DNA of 64,000 bases from the NCBI GenBank assembly GCA_000002435.2, contig CM018789.1. The stretch is one strand, 5' to 3'. Source of the DNA: Giardia intestinalis. Taxonomy: Eukaryota. Position numbers and translations under genes: made by a program. Positions 1-10,928 of this stretch are shown piece after piece; within the stretch, counting starts at the first letter, position 1, and each line of letters starts with the position of its first letter. The notes under the pieces are model-generated. The model searched no databases. It saw only the letters and a list, made by a program, of their open reading frames with translations, and was not told the origin of the DNA.

Positions 1-812
1 CCTACCCTACCCTACCCTACCCTACCCTACCCTACCCCTACCCTACCCTACCCTACCCCTACCCTACCCTACCCTACCCTACCCCTACCTACCCTACCCT
101 ACCCCTACCCTACCCTACCCTACCCTACCCTACCCTACCCTACCCTACCCTACCCTACCCTACCCTACCCTACCCTACCCTACCCTACCCTACCCTACCC
201 TACCCTACCCTACCCTACCCTACCCTACCCTACCCTACCCTACCCTACCCTACCCTACCCTACCCCTACCCTACCCTACCCTACCCTACCCCCTACCCTA
301 CCCTACCCTACCCTACCCTACCCTACCCTACCCTACCCTACCCTACCCTACCCTACCCTACCCTACCCTACCCTACCCTACCCTACCCTACCCTACCCTA
401 CCCTACCTACCCTACCCTACCCTACCCTACCCTACCCTACCCTACCCTACCCTACCCTACCCTACCCTACCCTACCCTACCTACCCTACCCTACCCTACC
501 TACCCTACCCTACCACCCTACCCTACCCCCTACCCTACCCTACCCTACCCTACCCTACCCTACCCTACCCTACCCCCTACCCTACCCTACCCTACCCTAC
601 CCTACCCTACCCTACCCTACCCTACCCTACCCTACCCCTACCCTACCCTACCCTACCCTACCCTACCCCCTACCCTACCCTACCCTACCCTACCCTACCC
701 TACCCTACCCTACCCTACCCTACCCTACCCTACCCTACCCTACCCTACCCTACCCTACCCCTACCCTACCCTACCCTACCCTACCCCTACCCTACCCTAC
801 CCTACCCTACCA
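1..812 (-). repeat. Telomeric repeat array: (CCCTA)n on the plus strand = (TAGGG)n on the minus strand; physical chromosome terminus at coordinate 1
   Basis: About 160 tandem pentamers with sporadic variant units (CCCCTA, CCTA, CACCCTA, CCCCCTA). There is a sharp junction to unique GC-rich DNA at 812/813 (ccctaccctacc|aagtatcgcc). The G-rich strand runs 5'->3' toward position 1, as expected for a terminus. TAGGG is the established Giardia telomere unit. Confidence 0.95.
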
Positions 813-3435
813 AGTATCGCCCCCTCGTGCTCCAGGGGCGGGCGGCCCACATCCTCCCCGTCGTGGTCGGTGCTGACGGCGTCCTGCACCACCTGTCTGC
901 GGCCGGACTCGCGTTCGCCGGCGTGGACCTTGCGCGCTTCATGCAGGAGGCGGCGCAGGTCATCCTCTGGCACTACAGGCTGTCGGCCCTCCTGTACGCT
1001 GGGCTGCGAGTGGAGAGGCCGGTGCACCGCCCCGCCCCTGCAGTATCCCTGCCGGAACCGGCTCCCAACGAGGCTCGGGCTACTCCTCCTACTCCCCTCA
1101 CCCCTGCCATGTGGAGCCCTGGCACGTCGCCCTCCGTAGAGATCATGGCCGATCTCAGCCAGCATCCTGATGCGGCAGTCCCTCCTCCCTGGGGTCCTGC
1201 TGAGGTCTCCTCCTCGATCACCTGGGGCACCGATCACCCCGCACAGCCGGATGCAAACGAACGCCCAGACCCCTTCATGTGCTCAAGGGCCCCCTCCCCG
1301 CCTCCACTGGATGACGACAGCCCCGACGATGCAGGAGCACCCGAGCCGGTGCACAAGGCCCTGCCGTCCTTCTTCAAGCGCGTCGGTCCTCCCAAGCCGC
1401 ATGCCCCTGATGGCTTCTACCCCTTCAAACGCATCGACACGGGGCGCTAGTGGTCATGCTTGGGCACCCTGCCCGCTGTCGGCTGCCCCACAGCGCGAAC
1501 GGACCCCTGGGCCTGCGTGCCGAGCTGTCTCCCCTGGTACTCCTCGCTCGCACCCGAGGCCTCTTGCCCCTATCATTCGGGTGTGCATCACGTCCAGACA
1601 CGGTGCGATAGATGCCTAGCCGCGATGCCATACACACTCGACCAGGCCGGGCCAGGCCGGACGCCCCCCTGGATGGCCAGACACCCGCCCTGCCTACGTT
1701 TGGGCACTTCCTCGATGGGACTCGTCATCTGCCCACGCCGCAGCCCGGTGTTCGTCTGTCTGTCCTCCCGGGCAGCGGCGGTCCTTGGGTGCTGAGTCTG
1801 GCGAGCTGGTGCTGGGGGAAGAGGCTAGCCCCGTGTGTCATTCGTACCATCGCACCGCGCCGTGCTGATCCCCCCATGGAACTGCCCGCCAGTGGCCGCC
1901 TCCGGTCCGGGGCGGCACAGCCCTGGCTCGGGCCATCCTCTGCTGCAGCGCCCCGGTGCCCCCTGGAGAGGATGGCCGGGTGCTATGTGCTACTGAGCCC
2001 TCGGGTGCATCGCTTCCCCACTGCCCCCCCTCATGTACCCACTCTGGGCGCCCCGGTACAGGGAACCTGGTCACTCTGGCCCTGGCCTCCAGGTGCTTGC
2101 CCTCCAATGGGCCATCCCTCATGCGCCTGTGTTTGCCTGGCCCATTCTCCCCTGCTCCTCTCTACCTCTCCTGCTCGGTCTCCGCTGAGTCGCGGTGACG
2201 GCTGTTGACAGTCCCGGCCGGGCCCCCAGGTTTCGCTCCATACCTGGGCCACATGCCTCCCACCAGCGCTGGCACCACATGGGTTGCTTGTCACAGATGG
2301 GACTGGCACGCACAGAAGAATATGGCTCCACGGCGCTCTGCCGGTCTGTCCTGAGCTGGCGTCATCAGCCTGGACCCGCCCTTAGGGGGCCTCCTCCATC
2401 ACCCGTGCCTCCCCACACCACCTCCTAAGCCGTCAGTCTGCTCTCTCAGGCGTGACCTTCTGTCGGCCTCCTGGGCCGTATGGGACCACCGCCCCGCTGC
2501 CCCCGCCATCTTGGCCAGACGCCTCCGGTGAGCCACCATTCTGGAATAGCACGACACGTGTGGATGGGCTAGCTATGGTGCACGGTCCGCACCCTCCCTT
2601 CTCACGGACTCCCGGGGACAGTCCGGACGCGTCTCCCTTGTCCCCCGAATCGGTGGCCCCGGCCGATCCCCATCGTGCATCCTTATATGGGGCACTGCAC
2701 ACACCTGTCCACGCTGTCCCCTTGGGCCGGCCACAGCTCACCCCGTGTGTCGATGGGCCAGAATTTGGGCTCCCCAAACCCCTCCACCCCCAAGCTGTTT
2801 CCTCGCCGGTTCTCTGGGCTCGCGCTTCCCTTTTTAGTGCAACAGCATTATGGTGCCTCGCGTATGTGCGCGGTGCAGTGGGCCGGTCTGTAGGCCTGCC
2901 TTTGACTGGAATCCTGGATCCCTGGGTTTCTGGCCCGACGCGTCGTCTTCTACCCCCCAAACAGGCCTGCACTCTTCTTGGTCCACGGGCTATTTGTCTC
3001 TTTGTTTCCGCGGCCCAGGGCCTGCTGGTTGCGCCGGGGCGACGCTCATGGTGGATTTTATTTTTTCCAAAATCCAGAATTTGGGCCTGAAGACCGCCCC
3101 CGCAGGGCCTGGAGGATGCGGGGAATCGGTCCACCCACACCATGCGCTCGAGCAAAGGCCAAGCACCCACGCCATCACGTCTCATCCAGGACTCCTGCGC
3201 CGCCACGGAGGAGGATCGGCACCTTCGCCATCGATCCTCCAGGATGCCCCCCTACCACTCCCCCTCACATGGCACGCCTCCCTCGGGCCTGTATGTCTGC
3301 ATGCCGCTATGCCCTAACACCGCAGGCCGCCCTCTCCGCGGATCCACTAACACACAGCCTGCAGCGCCTGGCCCCCCTGGCCGTGACCCGCGCGCCCCCG
3401 CGCACAGGAGCATACCCCTGGAGCTGGGGAGAAGG

Positions 3436-3520
3436 CCCCCCTGGCCGCGCCCCCGCCGCGAGACCACGCGGGCACGGGGGCTGGGCGCCCCGGGCGGGCC
3501 CTTCCCCTCCGTCGTGAGGC
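3436..3520 (+). repeat. Direct repeat unit, copy 1 (about 85 bp, about 90% identical to copy 2)
   Basis: gggagaaggcccccctggccgcgcccccgccgcgagaccacgcgggcacgggggctgggcgccccgggcgggccc... recurs at 3810-3895; both translate to ...RRPxWPRPRRETTRARGLG... Confidence 0.8.
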
Positions 3521-3809
3521 TGCCTCCCCTCCAATGTCCTTACCGCCTTGCGCGCATATTACGTAGTAAACCGCCTCTGGCGTGCCTGGACCCGGCCCCC
3601 AGGGGGCCCCCTGATCTCCCTCCCGCCTGCTCCCTGGGGCAAGGGAAGCTGCCCTTCACACCCCCGCATGGTGCTATGCAGTATATGTTGCTATGTCCCT
3701 GCCACCCCCGCCCAGGGCCTCCCGCCAACTGACCCGCAGCCCCCGTCTCTGGGCCCGCCCGGCCGCCCGAGCTCAGCGCCCTCCGCGCTCGGCAGACCCC
3801 TGACGCCGG

Positions 3810-3895
3810 GGAGAAGGCCCTCCTGGCCGCGCCCCCGCCGCGAGACCACGCGGGCACGGGGGCTCGGGCGCCCCGGGCGGACCCTCACCCCTCTG
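3810..3895 (+). repeat. Direct repeat unit, copy 2
   Basis: Same about 85-bp sequence as 3436-3520, offset by 374 bp. Confidence 0.8.
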
Positions 3896-4283
3896 ATGGG
3901 AGGCTGCACCTCTTGTAGGACCTGGCGCACACGTAGAAGTAAATATCCCTCTGTGTGGGCCTCCCTGGACGTCAACAAGGGGACCAGGGCCCCGGTGGAG
4001 CTGTCGGTGGAAGGCCAGGCACTGCAGGGGAAGGGGTCTACTCCAACCGCCTCCTCAGCCACACACCAGCTTCCGGACAGAGCGGCGACGTACTGTCTGC
4101 AGATGTGCGGCGTGCTGACCGAGGAGGAAGGGGCCCTGAAGGAGAGGGGCGGCTCTATCATGGCGCAGAAAGAGGCACCTGCCCGGGCTGCCACGAGGCA
4201 CGACATGATCGTCGCGTGCCTGTACCTCCGCGTCTCGGGGAAGTTCAACGCAGAGCTGGAAATCAAGACCCACAGCCACCTCA

Positions 4284-4379
4284 GCGACCAGAACCAGAAG
4301 CCCGACATCTGGCTCGTCGACAGATGCAAGGCGGTGGGCGTGGGTGTCATCCAGCAACCGCATGGATACCACAGCGAGA
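4284..4379 (+). repeat. 96-bp dispersed repeat, copy A (inverted partner at 17141-17242)
   Basis: gcgaccagaaccagaagcccgacatctggctcgtcgacagatgcaaggcggtgggcgtgggtgtcatccagcaaccgcatggataccacagcgaga is identical to the reverse complement of 17141-17242, apart from one extra CCAGAA hexamer in copy B. It translates to ...DQNQKPDIWLVDRCKAVGVGVIQQPHGYHSE in both ORF-track entries. Confidence 0.9.
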
Positions 4380-5431
4380 GGACAGGGGCACAGGGACGTT
4401 CTCAACCATCTACGGGATGGACGGCTCCCCACTCCAAAGACGCCAGGAAGGCCCCGCGGGCACTGAGAGCCCTGTCCGGCCCTCGCTGTCCATGTGGCAG
4501 CCTAGTACCCAGGGACTCCTTCTGTCAGCCTATTTCCAACCACCAAGTGGACCCACTGTGGGACCAGAGTGACTACGGCTGAGAAGGAGTGCTGGCCCAG
4601 AACCACGGTCAGACGGACACCGAGGGGCAACAGAGGCGACTATCATCACTCCCAGAGAGCCACAGTGACAGGAGACATATCCGCTCTTAGGGGAAGCAAC
4701 GACCAGAGATAAATAACGACGCTCCCTCATAGCGAGCCACGGCCCCACCCACTTTCTATTGCCAGGATAGACTCTCACCGAACCAGGACCACCAGTGGAG
4801 CCGAAGTCCCAACGGCTACTGCCGTTGAGTCAGGTGGAAGCGATGTAAAACGAACGCAAAGGCCCGCCCTCGCCTGTTGTGAAGGATGGCTAAAGGGGAG
4901 GTCGCCACTAGCGGACCACACGAGGCTGTGAGAAGGTCAGAACTCTGGACAGACTGGCGTGCGAGCATCTCTGGAGGCACGCTCGGCCTGGGCACACGCC
5001 TGTGGAGCGATCGAAGGAGGCACCAGGCTCTGGACGTACTGATAGAGGAAACCTTTCACTATGCTATCCGCGATCACCCTTCCCTCCGGCCGTGACCAGG
5101 AAGCGGGGAGGCCCGCTCGTGAGGTCTCCGAATGCACCTGCAGGCCCCAGCAGCACAGCGCACTTCTCATGAGAACTGGACGGCATCCAATTTTCGCTTT
5201 TGGAGTCCAGAGAGGTGAGTGAGCAGAAGAGCCCCAATAAAAGGCTCCATTCACAAACTGGACCCAGTGCAGAATCTATCGTTGGCAATCATAGTACTAG
5301 CACTAGTTGCTTTTTACGCGTTGCTTCTGGATATGCGGGTCTTCAATGTATGGTACAGGCACTCTGCAACTGACTAGTGTGTCCGGCCACAGGCAAGCAC
5401 CGAAAAACATCAGCAATTAAAAATCTACTAA

Positions 5432-7795
5432 TGCTGGTATTATTGTTCCTCGCCGTGTTCTCTGGCAGCCCAGACAGACGACAGGCCTACTCCAGACAGG
5501 GGTACTCACTACGGTGTCTGTGAGGAGGACCAGCCTGATTGTGTGGAAATAGGTGCGCCATGCTCGCTCACGGGAGGCCTCCATGTACCGAATGCAAAGC
5601 CGGAAAAATCCCTATCGACGGAGAGCGTGTGGAGCCAGCGCACCAGGCATAGCTGTGTGTGAACAAGAAGGTGTTAGTGGCAGTGGAACACGCTGTAAGT
5701 CATGTGCTGGTGGAAATGGAAGTAGGAATACTGGTGACGGCGTAGGTTATTTTCTATTTTATGGGGGCTGCTACAATAATGATGAGTGGCCTGGCACAGA
5801 CATCTGCGAGACCGTTTCAAACGGGGTATGCACAGTTTGTGATACTGAGTATGGGGCTATTTTTACGAATCCAGATACTACCACCGATGAAAGACGTATC
5901 CTATGTCGTGATACGCTATCCGGAATGGAAGGCTGTGCGACCCGTGTGTCCCTTCCTCAGAATCCTGCGCCAGACAATGCAAAAGGCGCCACCAATCTCC
6001 AATGTACTTCCTGCTTAGATGAGACCAAAGCCCCAATCGATGGAGTATGCGCAACCTTTGGCTCTAACAGGTGCAGAAAGGATACTGTACTCATTGTGTA
6101 GTTGGTGCTTGTCTAGGAGCGGATGCTCGGTAGCAGTAAGGAGGGAGCTAAAGTATGTGCTGAGGTCAACCAAACAGAGATGGGTGGCTATTCTGCTTGT
6201 GCAGTGCACCAACACTAGTGAGGCCCACACAATGGAAACTGTAGGCAGGTAAGTATTTTACACAGCTGCCAAAAGGATAGCTCAGCCGGAATGTGCGCAG
6301 CTTGCAACCAGCATTTCTATGGTCGCCCTATCTTCCTGTACAAGGGCGGCTGCTACGTCATCACTGACCCATTGGAGACACCATATGCAAAAAGACGTTC
6401 AACGGTAAATGTACTATTTGCAATGAGGACCAAGGGTACTTCATGAAGGATTCGCCATGTACTAGATGCGATGAGTTTGTCCCCGGTTGCGCTGTGTGCA
6501 CCCCTAGCCCTGATGCCTCCAGTGCTCCTGTGTGTGCCAGTTGCAAGGCCGGGAAATATGCAACTGTAGACGTGCTTCCTGTGTCGACTCATGTCCATCG
6601 GGTAGCTCAGGTAGCTGCGATAAAAATAATGTCTGTAGCTGTAAGTGCAGTACAGGAACCTACTTGGATACTGTCACAAATACACATAGCACATGCAATT
6701 CAGCCTGTACGGGTCCTGGGGCTGATAAGTGCACGTCCTGTGTCTCAGGAAAATATCTCAAGCGTGATGCACCTGGTGCCATTGAATGTGTAGATTCTGT
6801 TGACTGTGGTGAGGGGTATTATGCAGATAGTGCCACTAACACTTGTTCTTCGTGTGGTATTGACAAGTGCCAGACGTGTGTGTCTGATAGTGGTGTGGTA
6901 AAGTGTATGAAGTGCCTTTCTGGGTATCTTTCCATCGATAGCCTTTCATGTCAGTCCCAGTGTGATGGACCAAATCAGCAAGGACATGCCAATGGCAAAT
7001 CCGTTTGCGAATGCATTGCAGGGGCTTATCTGGAGGGCTGTGTCCAGTGCGACTCAGCACGCCTGGAGTGGGTCCAGGGTCTGATCACTGCACAAGTGCT
7101 CCTCGGGAAAGTACACCAAGATGAATGGTTCTGACACGGCCACATGTGTCGACGCGTCTGGCTGTGGCGATGGATACTATGCGGATCCAGAAGAGCTCCA
7201 GTGTGCCACATGTGGAATTGAGAGCTGTCAAGCATGCACTCCTAAGGATAACAACCTCGTGTGCACACGGTGCTCCCCCGGACTTGTCTCCGTCGATGGC
7301 TTCTCGTGCCCACTCACATGCACGGAGCTGGATCAGAGAGAGGAGGATGGAAGGTGCGTCTGTGCAGAGGGCTTCGAGCCCAGCAGTGACGGCGCATGCA
7401 TCGCTAGGAACACCTGCCCGTCAGACGCCACGGGGTGCTCGAGTTGCAACACAAATGGCGAGTGTCTTTCATGTGCAGACAGCAGCCACAATGTCCAGCC
7501 GAGCAAGAGATCCTGCGCCTCAGGCTGTCCAAGCGGATCACAATCAGTCGGCTCTCTCTGCATATGCATAGAGGGGTACACCCTCAGGGGTGACACATGC
7601 GTCTCTCAGACCAGGAAGGCCGGCTCCAGCTCCACGACGATCATCGTGGCAGTCGTTGTCTCTCTTCTCATCATAGTGGCCGTCGCCCTCGCATGCTGGT
7701 TCGTCCTGCGGAGGCGGAGAGAATCGAGGGCAGCTTTGAAGACAAGGGTGATAGCTGAGAATATGAAGCTCGTGGGGACGGTGGACGAGCTCTGA
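5432..7795 (+). pseudogene. VSP/HCMP-like cysteine-rich surface protein gene broken by at least four frameshifts (pseudogene)
   Basis: An AT-rich initiator caattaaaaatctactaATG at 5432 is followed by a signal peptide MLVLLFLAVFSG. The reading frame then hops across three frames (ORF-track pieces 5553-6101, 6532-7134, 7121-7795 plus untracked segments). There are two GGCY motifs (YFLFYGGCY, FLYKGGCY) and many CXXC pairs. The C-terminus has a TM segment IIVAVVVSLLIIVAVALACWF and a long cytoplasmic tail (RRRRESRAALK...) of HCMP type, not CRGKA. Confidence 0.6.
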
Positions 7796-9416
7796 CTCTG
7801 TGGCCATGCGAGCCGCAGCTCATAACGAGTGAATGCTCAGTGATCCACAACGGGCTCAGGCAACCGCCTAGACTAGCAGATGCTTGGCTCCCGTGTGTAT
7901 GCCTTCTGAGCCATCGGCTTGGGGCAGACTCAGTCCCAGAAGCAGAGGGCGCCGGCCAGTGGAGAAGGCCTCACAGGCCTGTGCAGCCCGGACGGTGTGT
8001 GCGAAGCGCCGCCTCAGGCCAGGGAATCGTGTTCACCCCCACGGCGACAAGACTGGGGTGTAGCAGAGCTATGGTGCCATCCTAGCTGCCCCGAGAATAG
8101 TACGCGCCCCTGCTCTCATGCCCTCCTCCCCATTATGCGTGCCATAGGGATGCTTGTCCCGTTAGGTTCCGGGGGCCCAGCACGCCTCATCCCCCATCGT
8201 GACACCTTACCTGGCAACACGCACTGTGCTGTAGACTCTACGGTGGACCGTCGAGCTGCCACCTGCGATTGATTGCGGTGTCTTAGGAGGTCGATAGCCA
8301 GGTTCCCCGCACGGTGGCCTATCTCAGTGAGCGCTCGCAGAAGCCACAGAGCCGCTGGGGACGGCCTAGCTGGCCCAGAGCATCGACTCCCGTCAGAATC
8401 AATAAATAATGCGCAGGACGAGGAGCTCAGCTTTCGGCGTCTCGGCCCCATCGGATGGCCCTGCAGTCTTTGTGGGAGTGGGTTGCCCTGCTGCGTAGCA
8501 ATGCCACGCCTTCGCGTAGAGTCGACCCGGGCTAAAGCTCACGTGCTGGGGCCCACACAGGATGCTTGACCTTGCCTGGCGCCGGGCTGTGTTTCTTCAG
8601 TCAGATAGGAACAGACGAGCCTTGCAGGCAGTGATGGGGTGTGCCAACGACCCTGATCTCGGTGAGCGACGTGCGGTGCATGCAAGTGTGGGCTCAGACC
8701 ATGGGTGGTGCTGTCCTGGCCTTGTTCAGTCGCCCCACACAGGCCCAGAGGTCTCACTCGCACGGAGCAGAGCGAGGATGCGGCCCCCGCTCTGTTGCCG
8801 CGCTGTTGATCGGGAAAGCCGTTATCTATTCCTAAGAGGCTCTCCATCGGTGTCAGTGTCGACGCCTCCCACTCCAGCTGATATGCACACTGGCCAAAGA
8901 TGCGATAAAGGACCTCCGATCCTTGTAGCGCTACGATTGTGCCTCGCAGGTCGGGGGTAGTGGCGCTTGTGGAACTGTTCCTCGGTATCGGGTCCACGTT
9001 GGGTAAGCGTGAGGCACGCAACGAATGCCCCGATAGCACCACGGGATGGATGCCGCCACCATGGACAACACGTCGAAGCACCTGGCTTCTTCACCCATTG
9101 GAACACATTTAGCATGGTGCCCATAGCCAGTAGCTCAAGGGCCACAAGCGACTGGCACGCTATGATAATGACACTGTGCACATGAGCAGGCACGGAGCCA
9201 GTAACAGCCCGTCGCTAACCAGGACCAAACGAGAACGGGGCTTCTGCACTTTTAACTTATGTTATTGAGATGTGACACACCAAGCTTGCTCTCGGTCCAC
9301 AAGGCTGGTATCAGCGCCTCATGACAGTGAAACAGAGCACGCGCTAGTAGTATCCAGCATGCGGACCCAAAGGTCTTTTGGCGTATGTGTTGTTAATAGG
9401 ATAATAATTTCTCTGA

Positions 9417-10928
9417 ATGCTAGTACTACTACTATTTTCTATTGCTTTGGGATGTGCCTTGGGTACACCTTTTACTAACGAACCTGAACATGGAATGGGG
9501 GTCCGCTTCACCCGACGCGGACTGGAGAAGTTCTGCCAGAAGGGCTACTCTATCATTCCTGACGTTATCTCTGCTCTTCCAGCGTTTCCAGAGATACCCA
9601 TAACTGTCGGGTCTTTGAAGCTTACCCTCTCGAATGTGAGGCCTCGTGCAGTGCGTGTTTCAACCATGAAGGTCTACTTGCAAGACAACAACTTTGTCAA
9701 GATGGAGGCCCGGGACGGCATCATGCAGATCTCGATGCGGCTTAAAACTACCATCACTGGGATCACCGGGACCGTCGACTGCATCTTCACCCTCAAGGAC
9801 TTCGGGGCAGACATCTCTCTGAGGCTCGGAGACGACCCCACCTGCCCCTACCACTTCGGGCTCTCCGAGATATCGAACGTCGTGTACTCGTCTGGGCTCG
9901 ACATCGATGCGATCGGACTCGACACAGGCGGGTCTGTCCTTGCAACTGCCATCCAGGGCATGGCGCCCACGTTGGAGGATTTGATGAAGAACACCGTGTT
10001 GCAACTCCTCTTTAACACAATCTTCAATTCAATAAAGCAGTCAATGCTCAACCTGCCCTTAGTTGTCCAGATCGGTGATGACTATCTGACTGACCAGCGC
10101 TACATCAACGGCATCAATGTCGTCGATAACAAGATAGTGGCAGACCAGGGTGGGTTTTCAATGATCGCTACTATCCCAGATTGGTCGGTCAGAGCTCTCT
10201 ATCCAAACAAGATCACCTCTCCCCCTCCGAAGACAGTCTACACCGACAGGGACTATGAGTTCTATGTAGACAGGGAATCAGTTAACTCCTACCTGTATGC
10301 CTGGCACGTGGCGTATGACAAGTTCAAGGCAGACGGTCTCACTGTCCCGTACAGCACCATCAGGGCGCAGAACATACCCGGCCTTGCAGAGGCTCTTGTG
10401 AAGGCCGGACTACTAAGCACTGTTAACGACCTTGGACTCGGGGTCACCCTGACCCTGTCTGTCAGTCCCTCCAAGGATGCCGCACCCCACATACCGTGGA
10501 TCGGGGCGGCTGCACTACCGGTCAACCTCACGGGGGCACTCGTTGTGACAGCTAGCAAGGTATCAGACCAAACCCCTGTAACTCTGGCCAACCTTGAGGG
10601 CGACGTGCTCTTCTCTTCTGCGCTCAAGCTTAAGAAGTTTACCTATGGATTTAACAACGACCAAGTTCGTGCATATGTAGAGCTTCTTGGAGTGCACGAT
10701 ATCGCCACCAAGAAGCACAGCGAAGGGATGGATGATCCTGTTCCTCTGCTGAAGCGTCTTCTTCTAGATAAGTACCTCCCCCTTGTTAACCCGATCCTGG
10801 CCGAGACAGGGGTGGCCCTCATGAACGGGAACTTCATCGACTATGCCACTGTCGACGTCATTTATCTGTGCAGCGAGGACAGGGTGCTCTTCGTTGCCGA
10901 CATTGAGAAAAACCAGTACTTTGCTTGA
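9417..10928 (+). CDS. BPI/LBP/CETP-family lipid-binding protein (bactericidal permeability-increasing-like), secreted
   Basis: 503 aa with a signal peptide MLVLLLFSIALGCALG. The N-terminal segment FTRRGLEKFCQKGYSIIPDVISALPAFPEIPI..LKLTLSNV aligns with the BPI N-terminal domain (..ISQKGLDYASQQG..IKIPDYSDSFKI..). The two-domain length fits. ATG at 9417 is preceded by AT-rich aggataataatttctctgaATG. Confidence 0.6.
   Translation: MLVLLLFSIALGCALGTPFTNEPEHGMGVRFTRRGLEKFCQKGYSIIPDVISALPAFPEIPITVGSLKLTLSNVRPRAVRVSTMKVYLQDNNFVKMEARDGIMQISMRLKTTITGITGTVDCIFTLKDFGADISLRLGDDPTCPYHFGLSEISNVVYSSGLDIDAIGLDTGGSVLATAIQGMAPTLEDLMKNTVLQLLFNTIFNSIKQSMLNLPLVVQIGDDYLTDQRYINGINVVDNKIVADQGGFSMIATIPDWSVRALYPNKITSPPPKTVYTDRDYEFYVDRESVNSYLYAWHVAYDKFKADGLTVPYSTIRAQNIPGLAEALVKAGLLSTVNDLGLGVTLTLSVSPSKDAAPHIPWIGAAALPVNLTGALVVTASKVSDQTPVTLANLEGDVLFSSALKLKKFTYGFNNDQVRAYVELLGVHDIATKKHSEGMDDPVPLLKRLLLDKYLPLVNPILAETGVALMNGNFIDYATVDVIYLCSEDRVLFVADIEKNQYFA

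Larger units (their letters stand above)
813..5000. other. GC-rich (about 70%) telomere-adjacent block with no credible protein-coding gene
   Basis: Only short, mutually overlapping ORFs in all six frames, with Pro/Arg/Ala/Gly-rich low-complexity translations typical of stop-codon-poor high-GC non-coding DNA. No RT/endonuclease motifs and no conserved rRNA motifs. Contains internal direct repeats. Confidence 0.5.

Noticed and set aside
813-5000. Possible rDNA unit adjacent to the telomere (a common Giardia arrangement), suggested by the extreme GC content
   Set aside because: Searched by eye for universal rRNA motifs (GTGCCAGCAGCCGCGGTAA, 5.8S GGTGGATG..GACGAAGAGC, SSU 3' GTAGGTGAACCTGC, LSU GTCTTGAAACA) on both strands and found none. 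The many overlapping ORFs are low-complexity artefacts of GC richness.
813-5000. Intact non-LTR retrotransposon (GilM/GilT-type) next to the telomere
   Set aside because: No ORF with reverse-transcriptase (YxDD) or REL-endonuclease motifs, and no terminal poly(A) tract. At most a non-coding remnant, kept only as a low-confidence hypothesis in the findings.
6262-6300. tRNA-like D-loop motif GGATAGCTCAGCCGG
   Set aside because: No acceptor or anticodon stems can be folded around it, the loop is too long, and it lies inside the pseudogene's coding frame (..KRIAQPECAQ..).
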